63,955 nt of DNA, filler included, from an uncultured bacterium (GCA_964372275.1; 4 parts of 4 records of this genome joined end to end with filler, not necessarily neighbours in it); one strand, 5' to 3'; numbered from the whole stretch's first letter, positions 28,862-38,977 are shown. A program made the numbers and translations. The notes: generated from the letters alone by a model not told the origin.

Positions 28862-30292
28862 TCAGCGGGGCGTTCCGCCGCCGGTCCGCGGACCGATCGT
28901 CGGACCCCGGCCCGCCGACGTCGGGGCGTTCCGGGCGACGTTCGAACCGCCCGTCGTCCCCCAGGCCGTCCGCACCCCGTCCGACCAGCCGTCGGCGTCG
29001 CCGTACCGGTGGTCGACCCAGGCGACGAACCGGCCGAGCCAGGTCCAGGTGTAGTTCGTGGTCGGCTGCCACCAGCCGCTGCCGAGCGTCTCTCCCACGT
29101 CGCCGATCCACCGGCCGAACGCGGTGGTGGTGGTCGGTCCGGTCGGCGGCAGCGGCCGGCGGTGTTCCGGCGACGCGAACCGCCCCCCCAGCACCTCGTT
29201 CCAGATCCGGTTGGCGGCCGCGCCCGGGTCCTCGTTCGTCCCGACGGCGCGCGCGACCTCGATCAGGAGGCTCGCGTTGTCGAACTTCGGATTGAGATCG
29301 AACGTCTGCCCGGAGGGGGAGCGGTAGCGGTAGACCCCGGTGTTGCAGCTCGTGTAGAGGCCGTCGATGGTGCCGTGGACGTCCATCCGCTCCTGGTAGG
29401 ACTTGTCGTCGCCGAGCGAGACGACCTGCGGCCGCCCGGCCGGGGTCCAGTCGATCACGGTGTGGCCGTCGCCGGGGATGCAGCCCTGTCCCTTCTCGCC
29501 GAGCGCCGTCGGCGCGCCGCCGGAGCAGCTCGCCGACGAGTCCTCGATCACGTGGAAGACCGATCCGAGGAAGGCGAGCCCGCGGCAGCGCTCGTTGCAC
29601 TGCTCGGGCGCGAGACCTTTGAAGCCGCCCGAGAAGTCGGGCAACGGCTGCCCCTTCCGATCGGCCTCGCGCAGGTTCTCGATCGACGCCCGGATCGCGC
29701 CGACGGCGTGCGCCTTGACCGCGTCGAAGCTCTCGCCCTGCGTCTTCCCGTCGATCGCCTCGGAGTGCAGGTAGTAGGTCGCGGAGTAGTCGTTCCCGGT
29801 CTTGGTGCCGAGGTAGACCTTCTGCGCGATCTCCGACGACAGCCACCGGTTGTAGCGACCTTTCAGGAACGCTCCGGCGTCCTCGTGCGTCGCCCGTCCC
29901 TCGAGGCTGCTGTTGGTGAAGATCTCGTTCCCCCAGTTGCCGAAGGCGAGGAGCTGGTAGGGGACCGAGAACTGGACCTGGTCCAGGTTGCGCGGCAGGA
30001 GATCGCCGACGGCGCGCGACAGCGAGCCGGTGAGCGCCGGATCGGCCGCCGCGCGGCGGGACGCCTCGTCGAGGGCGCAGGCGGTGGCCAGCGTGTGCCC
30101 GGAGGTCGGCGTGAAGAATCCCTGCCGGCCGAGCAGCCACTGGAAGAAGCCGGTCTCGGCGTTCCAGTCGAAGGCCAGGCTCGCCGCCGGGATCGCGAGC
30201 GCGACCGACGCCGCGACCGCCTTGATGCAGCGCAGCACGCGGCGGCCCCGGCGCGCGCTCCGTGCGGACCCGCTCCCTTTCGTCCCGACCAT
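28862..30292 (-). CDS. Hypothetical secreted protein, possible Zn-dependent phospholipase C/Het-C-like fold
   Basis: Signal-like N-terminus (ASLA-FDW); YYLHS and LG.VFH.IEDS motifs; RBS GGAGG. Confidence 0.55.
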   Translation of the reverse strand: MVGTKGSGSARSARRGRRVLRCIKAVAASVALAIPAASLAFDWNAETGFFQWLLGRQGFFTPTSGHTLATACALDEASRRAAADPALTGSLSRAVGDLLPRNLDQVQFSVPYQLLAFGNWGNEIFTNSSLEGRATHEDAGAFLKGRYNRWLSSEIAQKVYLGTKTGNDYSATYYLHSEAIDGKTQGESFDAVKAHAVGAIRASIENLREADRKGQPLPDFSGGFKGLAPEQCNERCRGLAFLGSVFHVIEDSSASCSGGAPTALGEKGQGCIPGDGHTVIDWTPAGRPQVVSLGDDKSYQERMDVHGTIDGLYTSCNTGVYRYRSPSGQTFDLNPKFDNASLLIEVARAVGTNEDPGAAANRIWNEVLGGRFASPEHRRPLPPTGPTTTTAFGRWIGDVGETLGSGWWQPTTNYTWTWLGRFVAWVDHRYGDADGWSDGVRTAWGTTGGSNVARNAPTSAGRGPTIGPRTGGGTPR

Positions 30293-30361
30293 GGCTGTCC
30301 TCCCGAAACCGCGGAGGAACGCAACGCCGATGCCAGTACGCCAACGATCGAATTCAGGGAT

Positions 30362-32023
30362 TTAGCGGCGCCGCGGGCGTCCTGCGGCGGGCGCGCCTGT
30401 CTCTCCGGAAGGAATCCTTGCCGCAGTCCGCGCCGCCCGACGCGAGCCGCGGTCGCCCGAGCGACGCGCCGCGCGGAAGCCGATCTCCACGTCGAACGCC
30501 TCGCGAAACAGGGCCGCCTTCTGCCGAGCCGCCCAGAGCTCCAGCTCGAGCTCCTTGGCGCTTCCGACCTCGACGAAGAGCCGGGTTCCGCGGGCCTTCA
30601 GGCGGACCGACTTCACGCGGCCGTCGTGGGTACGGTCGAGCCCGTCGGCGATGCGGAGGATCCCCGCCAGCCGCCGCACGAGCAGGCGCTCCTCCGGTGG
30701 CAGCACGACGAACTCCGGATGGCGGTCGCGCGGGTGCGCGCGCCGGTGGTAGCGCGCGACGTTCGAGGCGAGCGCCTTCTCGGTCTCGGTCATCCCCGGG
30801 AGGTCGGCGTTGGCGATCAGGTAGGCCGAGTGCTTGTGGTGGCGCGCGTAGCTGACGAAGACGCCGGCGTCGTGGAGCATCGCCGCGGCCTCGAGCACGC
30901 GCCGCGCGACCGCCGCCGGGACGGCGCGGCCGGTCGGCTCGAGCACGCGCCGTTCCAGGCGGTCGAAGAGCGCCAGCGCCAGCCGCGTCACCTGGACCGC
31001 GTGTCCGAGGTCGACACCGCACCGCCGCCCGAACGACTCGAGGCCGGCGCGGAGGCTCGACTCCGGATCGGAGGCGTCGAGGATCCCGCGGCGGCGGAGG
31101 GTGTCGACGATCAGGCCCTCCCGCAGTCCTCGCCGGCTGATCTCGAGCGCGTCGACCTCCAGGTAGTCGGCGATCCCTTCCAGCACCGCGACCCCGGCGA
31201 CGATCACGTCGGCGCGCGACGCGTCGCAGCCCGGGAGCTTGGCCCGCTGGGCGATCGACCTCGACGCCAGCTCGCGCAGCAGGCCTTTGAGCTCCCCCGC
31301 CTCGACGCGCGTCCGTCCGCTCTCGACCGCCTCGCCGCGCAGCATCGCCGCGACCGCCCCCGCCGTCCCGGCGCACGCGATCGCCACCGGGAACCGCCGC
31401 ACCAGGTCGCGCTCGAGGCGCGCCCGCAGGATCTCGCGGACGTAGGCGCGGAGCAGCTTCAGCTCCTTCTTCCGCGGCGGATCCCGCTTGAGGAAGACCT
31501 CGGTCAGCCGCACCGCCCCCAGCGGCAGGCTCTTGGCGCGCACCGCCTCCGCGCCGCGCGCGACGGCGATCTGCGCCGACCCGCCGCCGACGTCGATCAC
31601 CAGCGACTCCCCGTCCCCCGCCGCCTGCCCGCCGAGGACCCCCAGGCAAAGGAGCCGCGCCTCCTCGCCGCCCGAGATCACGTCGAGGGGAATCCCGGTG
31701 CGCGCCTTCACCTGCCGAAGGAACAGGTCGTAGTTCGACGCCTCCCGCACCGCCGCCGTCGCCACCGCCCGCACCGCGTCGGGCTTGAGCCGCCGGATCA
31801 ACGTCCCGAACCGCGACAGCGCCTCCAGCACCCCCGCGCGTGCCTCGTCTGGCAGCTCGCCGGTGCGGAACACCTCGCGTCCGAGCCGCACCGGCTCCCG
31901 CTCCTCCGCCAGCACCTCGATCCCGTGCCCCGGCCGGAAGCGGGCGATCCCGAGTCGAAGCGCGTTGGACCCGAGGTCGACGGCGGCGACGGTGACGGCG
32001 GAGGGACGTTCGGCGCGGGGCAT
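30362..32023 (-). CDS. ppx: Ppx/GppA exopolyphosphatase with HD domain
   Basis: AVDLGSNA.RL, VATAA.REA.N, ISG.EEA, DVGGGS, SLPLGAVR, RADVI, GLREG, LHD.G, RYHR. Confidence 0.92.
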   Translation of the reverse strand: MPRAERPSAVTVAAVDLGSNALRLGIARFRPGHGIEVLAEEREPVRLGREVFRTGELPDEARAGVLEALSRFGTLIRRLKPDAVRAVATAAVREASNYDLFLRQVKARTGIPLDVISGGEEARLLCLGVLGGQAAGDGESLVIDVGGGSAQIAVARGAEAVRAKSLPLGAVRLTEVFLKRDPPRKKELKLLRAYVREILRARLERDLVRRFPVAIACAGTAGAVAAMLRGEAVESGRTRVEAGELKGLLRELASRSIAQRAKLPGCDASRADVIVAGVAVLEGIADYLEVDALEISRRGLREGLIVDTLRRRGILDASDPESSLRAGLESFGRRCGVDLGHAVQVTRLALALFDRLERRVLEPTGRAVPAAVARRVLEAAAMLHDAGVFVSYARHHKHSAYLIANADLPGMTETEKALASNVARYHRRAHPRDRHPEFVVLPPEERLLVRRLAGILRIADGLDRTHDGRVKSVRLKARGTRLFVEVGSAKELELELWAARQKAALFREAFDVEIGFRAARRSGDRGSRRAARTAARIPSGETGAPAAGRPRRR

Positions 32024-32039
32024 CGAGGCGTACAGGATA

Positions 32040-32275
32040 CCGGATCGGCGGCGGTTCCAGTTGCGGCCACGGCGACGGCTACCGTTTCGGGTTCGGATTC
32101 GGGTGCGGTCTCGGCTTCGGCATCGGGTGCAAGTGCGGCAACGGGATCGGCGGCGGGATCGGGAGCGGCAACAGCGGCGGATGCGGTGAAGCCGTTGCCG
32201 TTGCCGTTGCCGTTCCCGTTCCCGCAGCTGTCGCCGAAACCGCTCCCGCTGCGGTCGCCGAAGCCGATACTGCAC
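32040..32275. repeat. Hexamer-periodic, internally inverted simple repeat upstream of ppx
   Basis: First half CGGATT/CGGCAA/CGGGAT units, second half GCCGTT repeats and CCCGTT (complementary). Confidence 0.65.
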
Positions 32276-32410
32276 CCGCCGCCGCAATGGGCCGTCGGCA
32301 TCGCAGCGAGCGCGCCGGCGATACGGCCGCCGTCACGCTCGCTGCTGGGCTGCCTCCTCACGCATGGAGTGAGAGCCGCTTTGCGCGCCCCGCCTCGGGA
32401 ACGCTCCCGG

Positions 32411-32442
32411 AGCTCGGAAGAGCGTCGTGGTGGGAAAGAGGG
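32411..32442 (+). other. Illumina TruSeq adapter remnant at contig end
   Basis: AGCTCGGAAGAGCGTCGTGGTGGGAAAGAGGG matches AGATCGGAAGAGCGTCGTGTAGGGAAAGAGTG at 28/32 nt. Confidence 0.9.
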
Positions 32443-32542
32443 NNNNNNNNNNNNNNNNNNNNNNNNNNNNNNNNNNNNNNNNNNNNTTAATTAATTAANN
32501 NNNNNNNNNNNNNNNNNNNNNNNNNNNNNNNNNNNNNNNNNN
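32443..32542. other. Artificial contig linker
   Basis: N44-TTAATTAATTAA-N44. Confidence 0.98.
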
Positions 32543-33369
32543 CCGTCACCGTAAACACCAACCTTGCCAGCATCACCGCCCAGAAGAACTTGGCCGTTAG
32601 CTCCGCGCGCCTGGAGACGTCGGTCATGAAGCTCTCCAGCGGCCTTCGAATCGCGGCCGCCAGCGATGATGCCGCCGGCCTGGTGATCTCGGAGAAGATG
32701 CGGGCCCAGATCCGGTCCCTCCAGCAGGCCCAGCGGAACGCGAACGACGGCGTCTCGCTCTCGAACACGGCAGACGGCGCACTCGGCGAGATCAGCGCCA
32801 TGCTCGTCCGCATGCGCGAGCTGGCAATTCAGTCACTGAACGGCACCAACGGAACCAGCGAACGTACCGCGCTGAACACTGAGTACACCTCCCTCCGGTC
32901 AGAAATCGACCGAATCTCGCAGGTCACGGCGTTCAACGGCGTCCTCCTGCTGAACGGTGGCGGTGGCGCGGTCGTGATCCAGGTCGGTGCGTTCACCACC
33001 AGCAACGACCGGATCTCGATCGCCGTCGTCGACACGACGGCCGGAGGCCTCGCCCTCGACACCACCTCGGTCGGAGGGACGATCAGCCAGACGAAAGTGG
33101 CGCTTGCGGCGGTCGACGATGCCATCTCCGACGTGAACTCCGCCCGCGGTAACTTCGGATCGTCCGTCAACCGGATGAACACTACGCTCGCGGCCCTGAG
33201 CAGCCTCGTCCAGAGCACGATCTCGGCGGAAAGCCGCATTCGAGACGCCGTCGTCGCGCAGGAGACCGCCGAGTTCACCCGGAACCAGGTCCTCCAAAGC
33301 GCCGGCATCTCGGTTCTGGCCCAAGCGAACACCCTCACCCAGGCGGCCCTCCAGCTCCTGCGCTTCTGA
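32543..33369 (+). CDS. fliC: Flagellin (subfamily C), missing only the first 1-2 codons
   Basis: [24 protein letters not shown] from 32545 through LQLLRF. Confidence 0.95.
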
Positions 33370-34028
33370 TCGTCTACGTAACCTACCGCAGCGCTCCGTT
33401 TCACCGATACACGCAGAGGCCGATGAGAAAACCCATGGCAACCCTGATCCCACAACTTCCCGTCGAACTTTCGCCACGTGACGAATCGCGACACACCGCG
33501 CCATTCGCGGTGGGCGGGACTCCAGCCGTCGTGAACGCACCAGCGCCAACGCGCGCCCAGGTGTTCGTTCTCCGGTTTCGGTCCATCCCAGCTCGCGTCG
33601 CGCCACGTCCATACGCGCACCTCCCCGCCCCAACGGCCGTCGCCGCCGGAGCCGCATTCGCACGGCACCGCGCAGGAACGGAGCGGCCGACGCCATGCGG
33701 CGACTGGAGACGAACCGCGCGCCACGGAATGAGCCGCTCGCACGCACTCTCACGGCTCGCCGTCCATGCCGACCGCCATTCGTCCCGGGCGCCAAGACCG
33801 TCCAGCCGACCGACCGTCGATGGCCCCACCCGCACGTTACCGTGCGAGCCGTCGGGGACCGGCCGTGGCACGCGCTCGAACGTGGTTCGACCGATCGCGA
33901 CGACCGGGCGCCTGCTCGCGGACCCGCCGGTGGCGACCGGACTCCGGCAGGCTTCGACCGGCGCGTCCGCGGCCCAGACGCGGTCAACCAATTCCCTTCC
34001 TTCTCTGACCACCTCGAGGAGCTAACCC

Positions 34029-34856
34029 ATGGCGCTCACCGTAAATACCAACCTGGCCAGCATCACTGCTCAGAAGAATCTCGCCGTCAGCTCCCAGCGG
34101 CTCGAGTCTTCGGTCACCAAGCTTTCCAGCGGCCTCCGAATCGCGTCTGCGAGCGATGACGCAGCCGGACTGGTGATTTCGGAGAAGATGCGCGCCCAGA
34201 TTCGTTCTCTTCAGCAGGCCCAAAGAAACTCGAACGACGGTGTCTCCCTCGCAAACACCGCCGACGGAGCTCTCGGCGAAATCAGCGCAATGCTCGCCCG
34301 CATGCGAGAGCTTTCGATCCAGTCGCTGAACGGGACCAACGGTACGAGCGAGCGGACGGCGCTCAACACCGAGTACGTCTCCCTCCGGGCCGAAATCGAC
34401 CGGATTTCGCAGGTTACCGCCTTCAACGGCGTCTTCCTGCTCAACGGTGGGACGGCAGTCGTGATCCAGGTCGGTGCCTTCACCACCAGCAACGACCGAA
34501 TCTCGATCGCCGTCGTCGATACCACGGCCGGCGGTCTCGCCCTCGACACCACTTCGGTAGGCGGAACGATTTCCCAAACCAAAGCCGCGCTCGCCGCCGT
34601 CGACGACGCAATCTCCGACGTGAACTCGGCGCGTGGAAGTTTCGGGTCGGCCGTAAACCGTATGAATACCACGCTCGCCGCACTCAGCAGCCTGGTCCAA
34701 AGCACCATCTCTGCCGAGAGCCGGATCCGGGACGCCGACGTCGCATCCGAAACGGCGGAGTTCACGCGGAACCAGGTCCTTCAGAGCGCCGGCATCTCGG
34801 TACTCGCCCAGGCGAACACTCTCACCCAGGCGGCCCTTCAACTGCTCCGGTTCTGA
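34029..34856 (+). CDS. fliC: Flagellin, 275 aa (subfamily C)
   Basis: Full N/C motifs; RBS GAGGAG; close paralogue of 32543-33369. Confidence 0.97.
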   Translation: MALTVNTNLASITAQKNLAVSSQRLESSVTKLSSGLRIASASDDAAGLVISEKMRAQIRSLQQAQRNSNDGVSLANTADGALGEISAMLARMRELSIQSLNGTNGTSERTALNTEYVSLRAEIDRISQVTAFNGVFLLNGGTAVVIQVGAFTTSNDRISIAVVDTTAGGLALDTTSVGGTISQTKAALAAVDDAISDVNSARGSFGSAVNRMNTTLAALSSLVQSTISAESRIRDADVASETAEFTRNQVLQSAGISVLAQANTLTQAALQLLRF

Positions 34857-35307
34857 CCGACCGCCATCGCGCGGACGACAACATCCTGACGATTCCCGAG
34901 ACTGAGAATGATCACCAGACCGACTCATCGATTCTTGCGGCGGCACCGACATCGACGTCGGTGGCAGCCACGATCGACCACGCTCCGCCTGACTGCGACG
35001 CGACCTCCCGGAGGCGGCTAGTACTCCGAGAGCGGACGCCTCGAGCACCCGACACGCCTCTTCTCGAACGAGCGCACGACCGACATCCCAAGTAGACCCC
35101 ACACCGCCCACACGAATACTCGACCCGACCGTACACGCCCCATCGAGCCACGACACGGATCACCGACGCCTCCACGCAGCGAAGCACCGATCTTCCGAAT
35201 CCCAGCCCTCTCGACACGAAGCCAACGAAAGCACCGTCCCACCCCACCGGAGCCTCGACACCCCAGCATACCCACCGTTGCCGCGAACCCCGAAGTGGAC
35301 CCGCGTG

Positions 35308-35323
35308 AACTAATGAATACGGT
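35308..35323. promoter_or_regulatory. Degenerate copy of the flagellin-block palindrome (AACTAA-N4-TACGGT)
   Basis: Left half matches the motif, right half has two mismatches; upstream of flagellin 35440. Confidence 0.35.
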
Positions 35324-35439
35324 CTCGATCAACGGCGCGAAACCCAGCTTCGAGCGACGAGCGCGCGACCCCGAGGCGACCGACCACGACCTCCCGACGA
35401 ATCTCGAACCGACGACGACGAACTGAAAAGGAGACGGAC

Positions 35440-36264
35440 ATGGCCCTTCTGATCAACACCAACCTCGCCAGCATCAACGCCCAGCGGAATCTCGCCTTCA
35501 ACACGAAGCGCCTCGAAAACTCCATCGGAAAGCTCTCGAGCGGTCTCCGGATCGCAAGTGCCAGCGACGACGCCGCCGGACTCTCGATCTCGGAGAAGTT
35601 CCGTGCCGAGATCCGATCGCTGCAGCAGGCCGAGCGAAACGCCAGTGACGGCATTTCTCTCGCGAACACGGCGGAAGGCGCCCTCTCCGAGGTGAGCTCC
35701 ATGCTGGTCCGGATGCGTGAGCTCGCAGTCCAATCGCTGAACGGCACGAACGGCACCAGCGAACGTCAAACCATGGATTCCGAATTCCAGACCCTCAAGG
35801 CGGAGATCAAGCGACTCGCCGAAGCCACCACCTTCAACTCGATCAAGATCCTCGCTGGTGCCGCGGCCACCGTCCTGCAGGTCGGAGCATCGAGCACCGC
35901 AAACGACACCATCTCCATTGCGGCGGTCAACGTCCGGCTGTCGGCCCTCGGACTGTCGAACACCGGGATCAGCGCGGCACTCGATGCCGGGGCCGCGCTC
36001 GGCGACCTGGACAGCGCGATCTCCACGGTGAACGGGTACCGGGGCCAGTTCGGCGCGGCCGCGAACCGAATCAACACCACGCTGGCGACCCTCACCAGCC
36101 GGATCCAGAACGTCATCGGCGCCGAGAGCCGGATCCGGGACGTCGACGTCGCACTCGAGACGGCGGAGTTCACGCGCGCCCAGATCCAGCAACAGGCCGG
36201 CGTCGCCATCCTCGGCCAGGCAAATACGCTCGCCCAGGCCGCGCTCCAACTTCTCCGGTTCTGA
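35440..36264 (+). CDS. fliC: Flagellin, 274 aa (subfamily D)
   Basis: Full N/C motifs; RBS AAGGAG. Confidence 0.97.
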   Translation: MALLINTNLASINAQRNLAFNTKRLENSIGKLSSGLRIASASDDAAGLSISEKFRAEIRSLQQAERNASDGISLANTAEGALSEVSSMLVRMRELAVQSLNGTNGTSERQTMDSEFQTLKAEIKRLAEATTFNSIKILAGAAATVLQVGASSTANDTISIAAVNVRLSALGLSNTGISAALDAGAALGDLDSAISTVNGYRGQFGAAANRINTTLATLTSRIQNVIGAESRIRDVDVALETAEFTRAQIQQQAGVAILGQANTLAQAALQLLRF

Positions 36265-36300
36265 TCCACGAACCCGATCTGACGTCCCGAGGAGATCACC

Positions 36301-37125
36301 ATGGCCCTCCTGATCAACACGAACCTCGCCAGTCTCAACGCCCAACGCAACCTCGCGTTCAACACCAAGAGGCTCGAGACGTCGATCGGCAAGCTCTCGA
36401 GCGGGCTACGGATCGCGAACGCGGCCGATGACGCGGCGGGACTGTCGATCTCCGAGCGGTTCAGGGCCGAAATACGATCCCTCCAGCAGGCCGAGCGGAA
36501 TGCGAGCGACGGAATCTCCCTCGCCAACACGGCCGAGGGCGCCCTCTCCGAAGTGAGCGCGATGCTCGTCCGGATGCGCGAGCTCGCGATCCAGTCACTC
36601 AACGGAACGAACGGAACGAGCGAACGGCAGACGATGGACTCCGAATTCCAGACCCTCAAGTCCGAGATCAAGCGGCTGGCCGAGGCGACGACATTCAACT
36701 CGATCAAGATCCTCGCCGGTGCCGCTGCGACGGTGCTCCAGGTCGGAGCGACGAGCACCGCGAATGACACGATTTCGATCGCGGCCGTGAACGTGCGCCT
36801 CTCGTCCCTCGGCCTTTCGAATACCACGATCAGCAACGCAACCGATTCCGGAGTCGCGGTCGGAGATCTCGACGACGCGATCTCGACGGTGAACGGATTC
36901 CGCGGCCAGTTCGGCGCCGCCGCGAACCGGATCAACACGACGCTCGCGACCCTCACCAGCCGGATCCAAAACGTGATCGGCGCCGAGAGCCGAATCCGAG
37001 ACGTCGACGTCGCCATCGAGACCGCCGAGTTCACGCGCGCCCAGGTCCAGCAGCAGGCAGGCGTCTCGATCCTCAGCCAGGCGAACACGCTTGCCCAGGC
37101 CGCCCTGCAACTCCTCCGCTTCTGA
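36301..37125 (+). CDS. fliC: Flagellin, 274 aa (subfamily D)
   Basis: Full N/C motifs; RBS GAGGAG; close paralogue of 35440. Confidence 0.97.
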   Translation: MALLINTNLASLNAQRNLAFNTKRLETSIGKLSSGLRIANAADDAAGLSISERFRAEIRSLQQAERNASDGISLANTAEGALSEVSAMLVRMRELAIQSLNGTNGTSERQTMDSEFQTLKSEIKRLAEATTFNSIKILAGAAATVLQVGATSTANDTISIAAVNVRLSSLGLSNTTISNATDSGVAVGDLDDAISTVNGFRGQFGAAANRINTTLATLTSRIQNVIGAESRIRDVDVAIETAEFTRAQVQQQAGVSILSQANTLAQAALQLLRF

Positions 37126-37535
37126 TGACGACGCGACCGCCGACAATCACGGGACATCACCTGAACCGCACCTCCCAGCTGCCTGGAAACGAACCTCCCC
37201 GACGCAACTTCCGGCGATCGCGCCTCCGGTTGCTCGACGAAACCCTGTCCGCGGTCGCGGCGCTGCGCAATGCCCGCCTCCGCGCGGATCGAGCCGACGG
37301 CGCGGAGCGTTACGCCTTCGCCGCGTCGCTGGTCCAGGAGCTTTTCGAGGACGCCGACACGTCGACCGCCGACAGGGAACTTGCGGCGAGCTACCGGTCG
37401 GTCCTCCTTCACCTCGCGAACGGCTTCGCCGCCGGTTCGGCCGCATCGTTCGCGACTGCCGAGCGCATCCTGCACGCCCTCCGCGCAACGTGCTTCGAGT
37501 CACCTCGATTCGGGCCCCACTCGACGACCTCCTGA
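37125..37535 (+). CDS. Highly divergent FliS-like protein
   Basis: TGATG coupling to the flagellin; LLDETL..A..LVQEL...D....ELA..Y...HL..G...AERILHALR has the same spacing as the other FliS paralogues. Confidence 0.5.
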   Translation: MTTRPPTITGHHLNRTSQLPGNEPPRRNFRRSRLRLLDETLSAVAALRNARLRADRADGAERYAFAASLVQELFEDADTSTADRELAASYRSVLLHLANGFAAGSAASFATAERILHALRATCFESPRFGPHSTTS

Positions 37536-37573
37536 TCCCGCCCGACCGATCCCCACCTACGAACCCCGAGAGA

Positions 37574-37589
37574 AACTAATGTTTTCGTT
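37574..37589. promoter_or_regulatory. Candidate palindromic operator AACTAA-N4-TTCGTT
   Basis: Near-perfect IR ~100 nt upstream of flagellin 37689. Confidence 0.5.
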
Positions 37590-37688
37590 CAACCAACCCC
37601 CGAGCGGAACACGATCGGTCGGACGTCCGGGCCCCGGAAGCCGAGAGCCCGCCAAGACTTCGAACTAACCACCCCAGGGAGAAGACAC

Positions 37689-38525
37689 ATGGCCATCACG
37701 ATCAACAACAACGTCGCGAGTCTCATTGCCCAGCGGAACCTCTCGCGCAACTCCAACCGCCTCGAAGGCTCGATCGGCCGCCTTACCAGTGGCCTGAGGA
37801 TCGCGGTCGCTTCGGACGACGCCGCCGGTCTCGCGATCTCCGAGAAGATGCGCGCCAGGATCCGGTCGCTCCAGCAGGCCCAACGGAACGCCGCCGACGG
37901 CATCTCGCTCGCGAACACCGCCGAAGGCGCGATGAACGAGATCAGCGGAATGCTCGTCCGGATGCGCGAGCTCGGCATGCAGGCCGCAAACGGCTCGACG
38001 GACCAGGAGCAGCGGGACGCCCTCAACGACGAGTTCCAGCTGCTCCTCGAGGAGATCCAGCGTATCGCGGAGTCGACCGAGTTCAACGGGGTTCCGCTTC
38101 TCGACGGGGGCGGCAGCACCGTGGACTTCCAGGTCGGTGCGGAGACCGACCCGACGAACCGGATCACCATCAGCGCCGTCGACATGACGATCACGACCGG
38201 ACTTTCGCTCGACGGCCGAAACATCAACGCCGCCAACGTGAGCGACATTCGCACCACCGTGGACAAGGTCGACGCGGCGATCACCACGGTCAACTCGGCG
38301 CGCGGCAAGTTCGGTGCGGTCGTCAATCGGATGTCGGCGACCGTCGCGATCGTCGGCTCCATGTTGCAGAACGTGATCGAGACGGAGAGCCGAATCCGCG
38401 ACGTCGACGTCGCGCTCGAGACTTCCGAAATGATGAAGGCGCAGGTCCTCCAGCAAGCCGGCATGGCGGTCCTCGCACAAGCCAACTCGCTGACCCAGAA
38501 CGCCCTCCAGCTCCTTCGATTCTAG
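37689..38525 (+). CDS. fliC: Flagellin, 278 aa (subfamily E)
   Basis: Full N/C motifs; QAANG..DQEQRDAL; INAANVS. Confidence 0.96.
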   Translation: MAITINNNVASLIAQRNLSRNSNRLEGSIGRLTSGLRIAVASDDAAGLAISEKMRARIRSLQQAQRNAADGISLANTAEGAMNEISGMLVRMRELGMQAANGSTDQEQRDALNDEFQLLLEEIQRIAESTEFNGVPLLDGGGSTVDFQVGAETDPTNRITISAVDMTITTGLSLDGRNINAANVSDIRTTVDKVDAAITTVNSARGKFGAVVNRMSATVAIVGSMLQNVIETESRIRDVDVALETSEMMKAQVLQQAGMAVLAQANSLTQNALQLLRF

Positions 38526-38566
38526 GATCCAACGCCTCCCAACGCCTCGTACCCACGGACCGAGCC

Positions 38567-38953
38567 ATGAACGGACACGCAACCTACTTCGACGACTCAT
38601 TGACCACCCGGACACCCGAGGGACTCGTCGTCGTGCTCCTCGACGGCGCGCTGAAAGCGATCTATCGGTCCCACCTCGCCATCCGGGCCGGTGACACGAG
38701 GGCTCGCAGCAGAAACGTCTCCCGCGCACTCGACTTCGTGCACGCACTGGCGCTTTCGCTCGATCCGGCGCCCGATCCGGTCTTCGTCGCGCGGCTGCAC
38801 GGTCTCTACGCGACGGTCGGGCAACTGCTCCTCGACGCCGATGCCCACGGCCGGGTGGAACCATTGGCCGCATGCGCCCGGATTCTCGCGAATCTTCGAG
38901 AGGGCTGGTGCCGCTTGTCCGCGATCCGCAACACCCACTCGGTCCAGAACTGA
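38567..38953 (+). CDS. fliS: FliS-family flagellin export chaperone
   Basis: Y....T.TPE.LVV.LLDGAL..I...AI..GD..VSRA...LSLD..RL..LY..LL.A..RIL.NLREGW. Confidence 0.82.
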   Translation: MNGHATYFDDSLTTRTPEGLVVVLLDGALKAIYRSHLAIRAGDTRARSRNVSRALDFVHALALSLDPAPDPVFVARLHGLYATVGQLLLDADAHGRVEPLAACARILANLREGWCRLSAIRNTHSVQN

Positions 38954-38977
38954 CAGTCCCGCTTCCAGGAGCCCATC

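Noticed and set aside
32341-32370. GCTGCTGG and GCTGCCTCC..GGAGT resembling 16S rRNA primer sites
   Set aside because: Only short broken matches with no surrounding rRNA sequence
32411-32442. Purine-rich sequence at the end of contig 2
   Set aside because: Matches the Illumina TruSeq adapter; nearby terminal bases are probably low quality
29009-32494. 1161-aa plus-strand ORF and similar long overlapping ORFs (5218-7428, 23451-25520, 40762-42732)
   Set aside because: Opposite-strand shadows of recognisable genes
33400-33426. Sigma28-like TTCA-N15-GCCGATGA
   Set aside because: Weak -35 element, ~600 nt from the next flagellin, and I found no equivalent before other blocks
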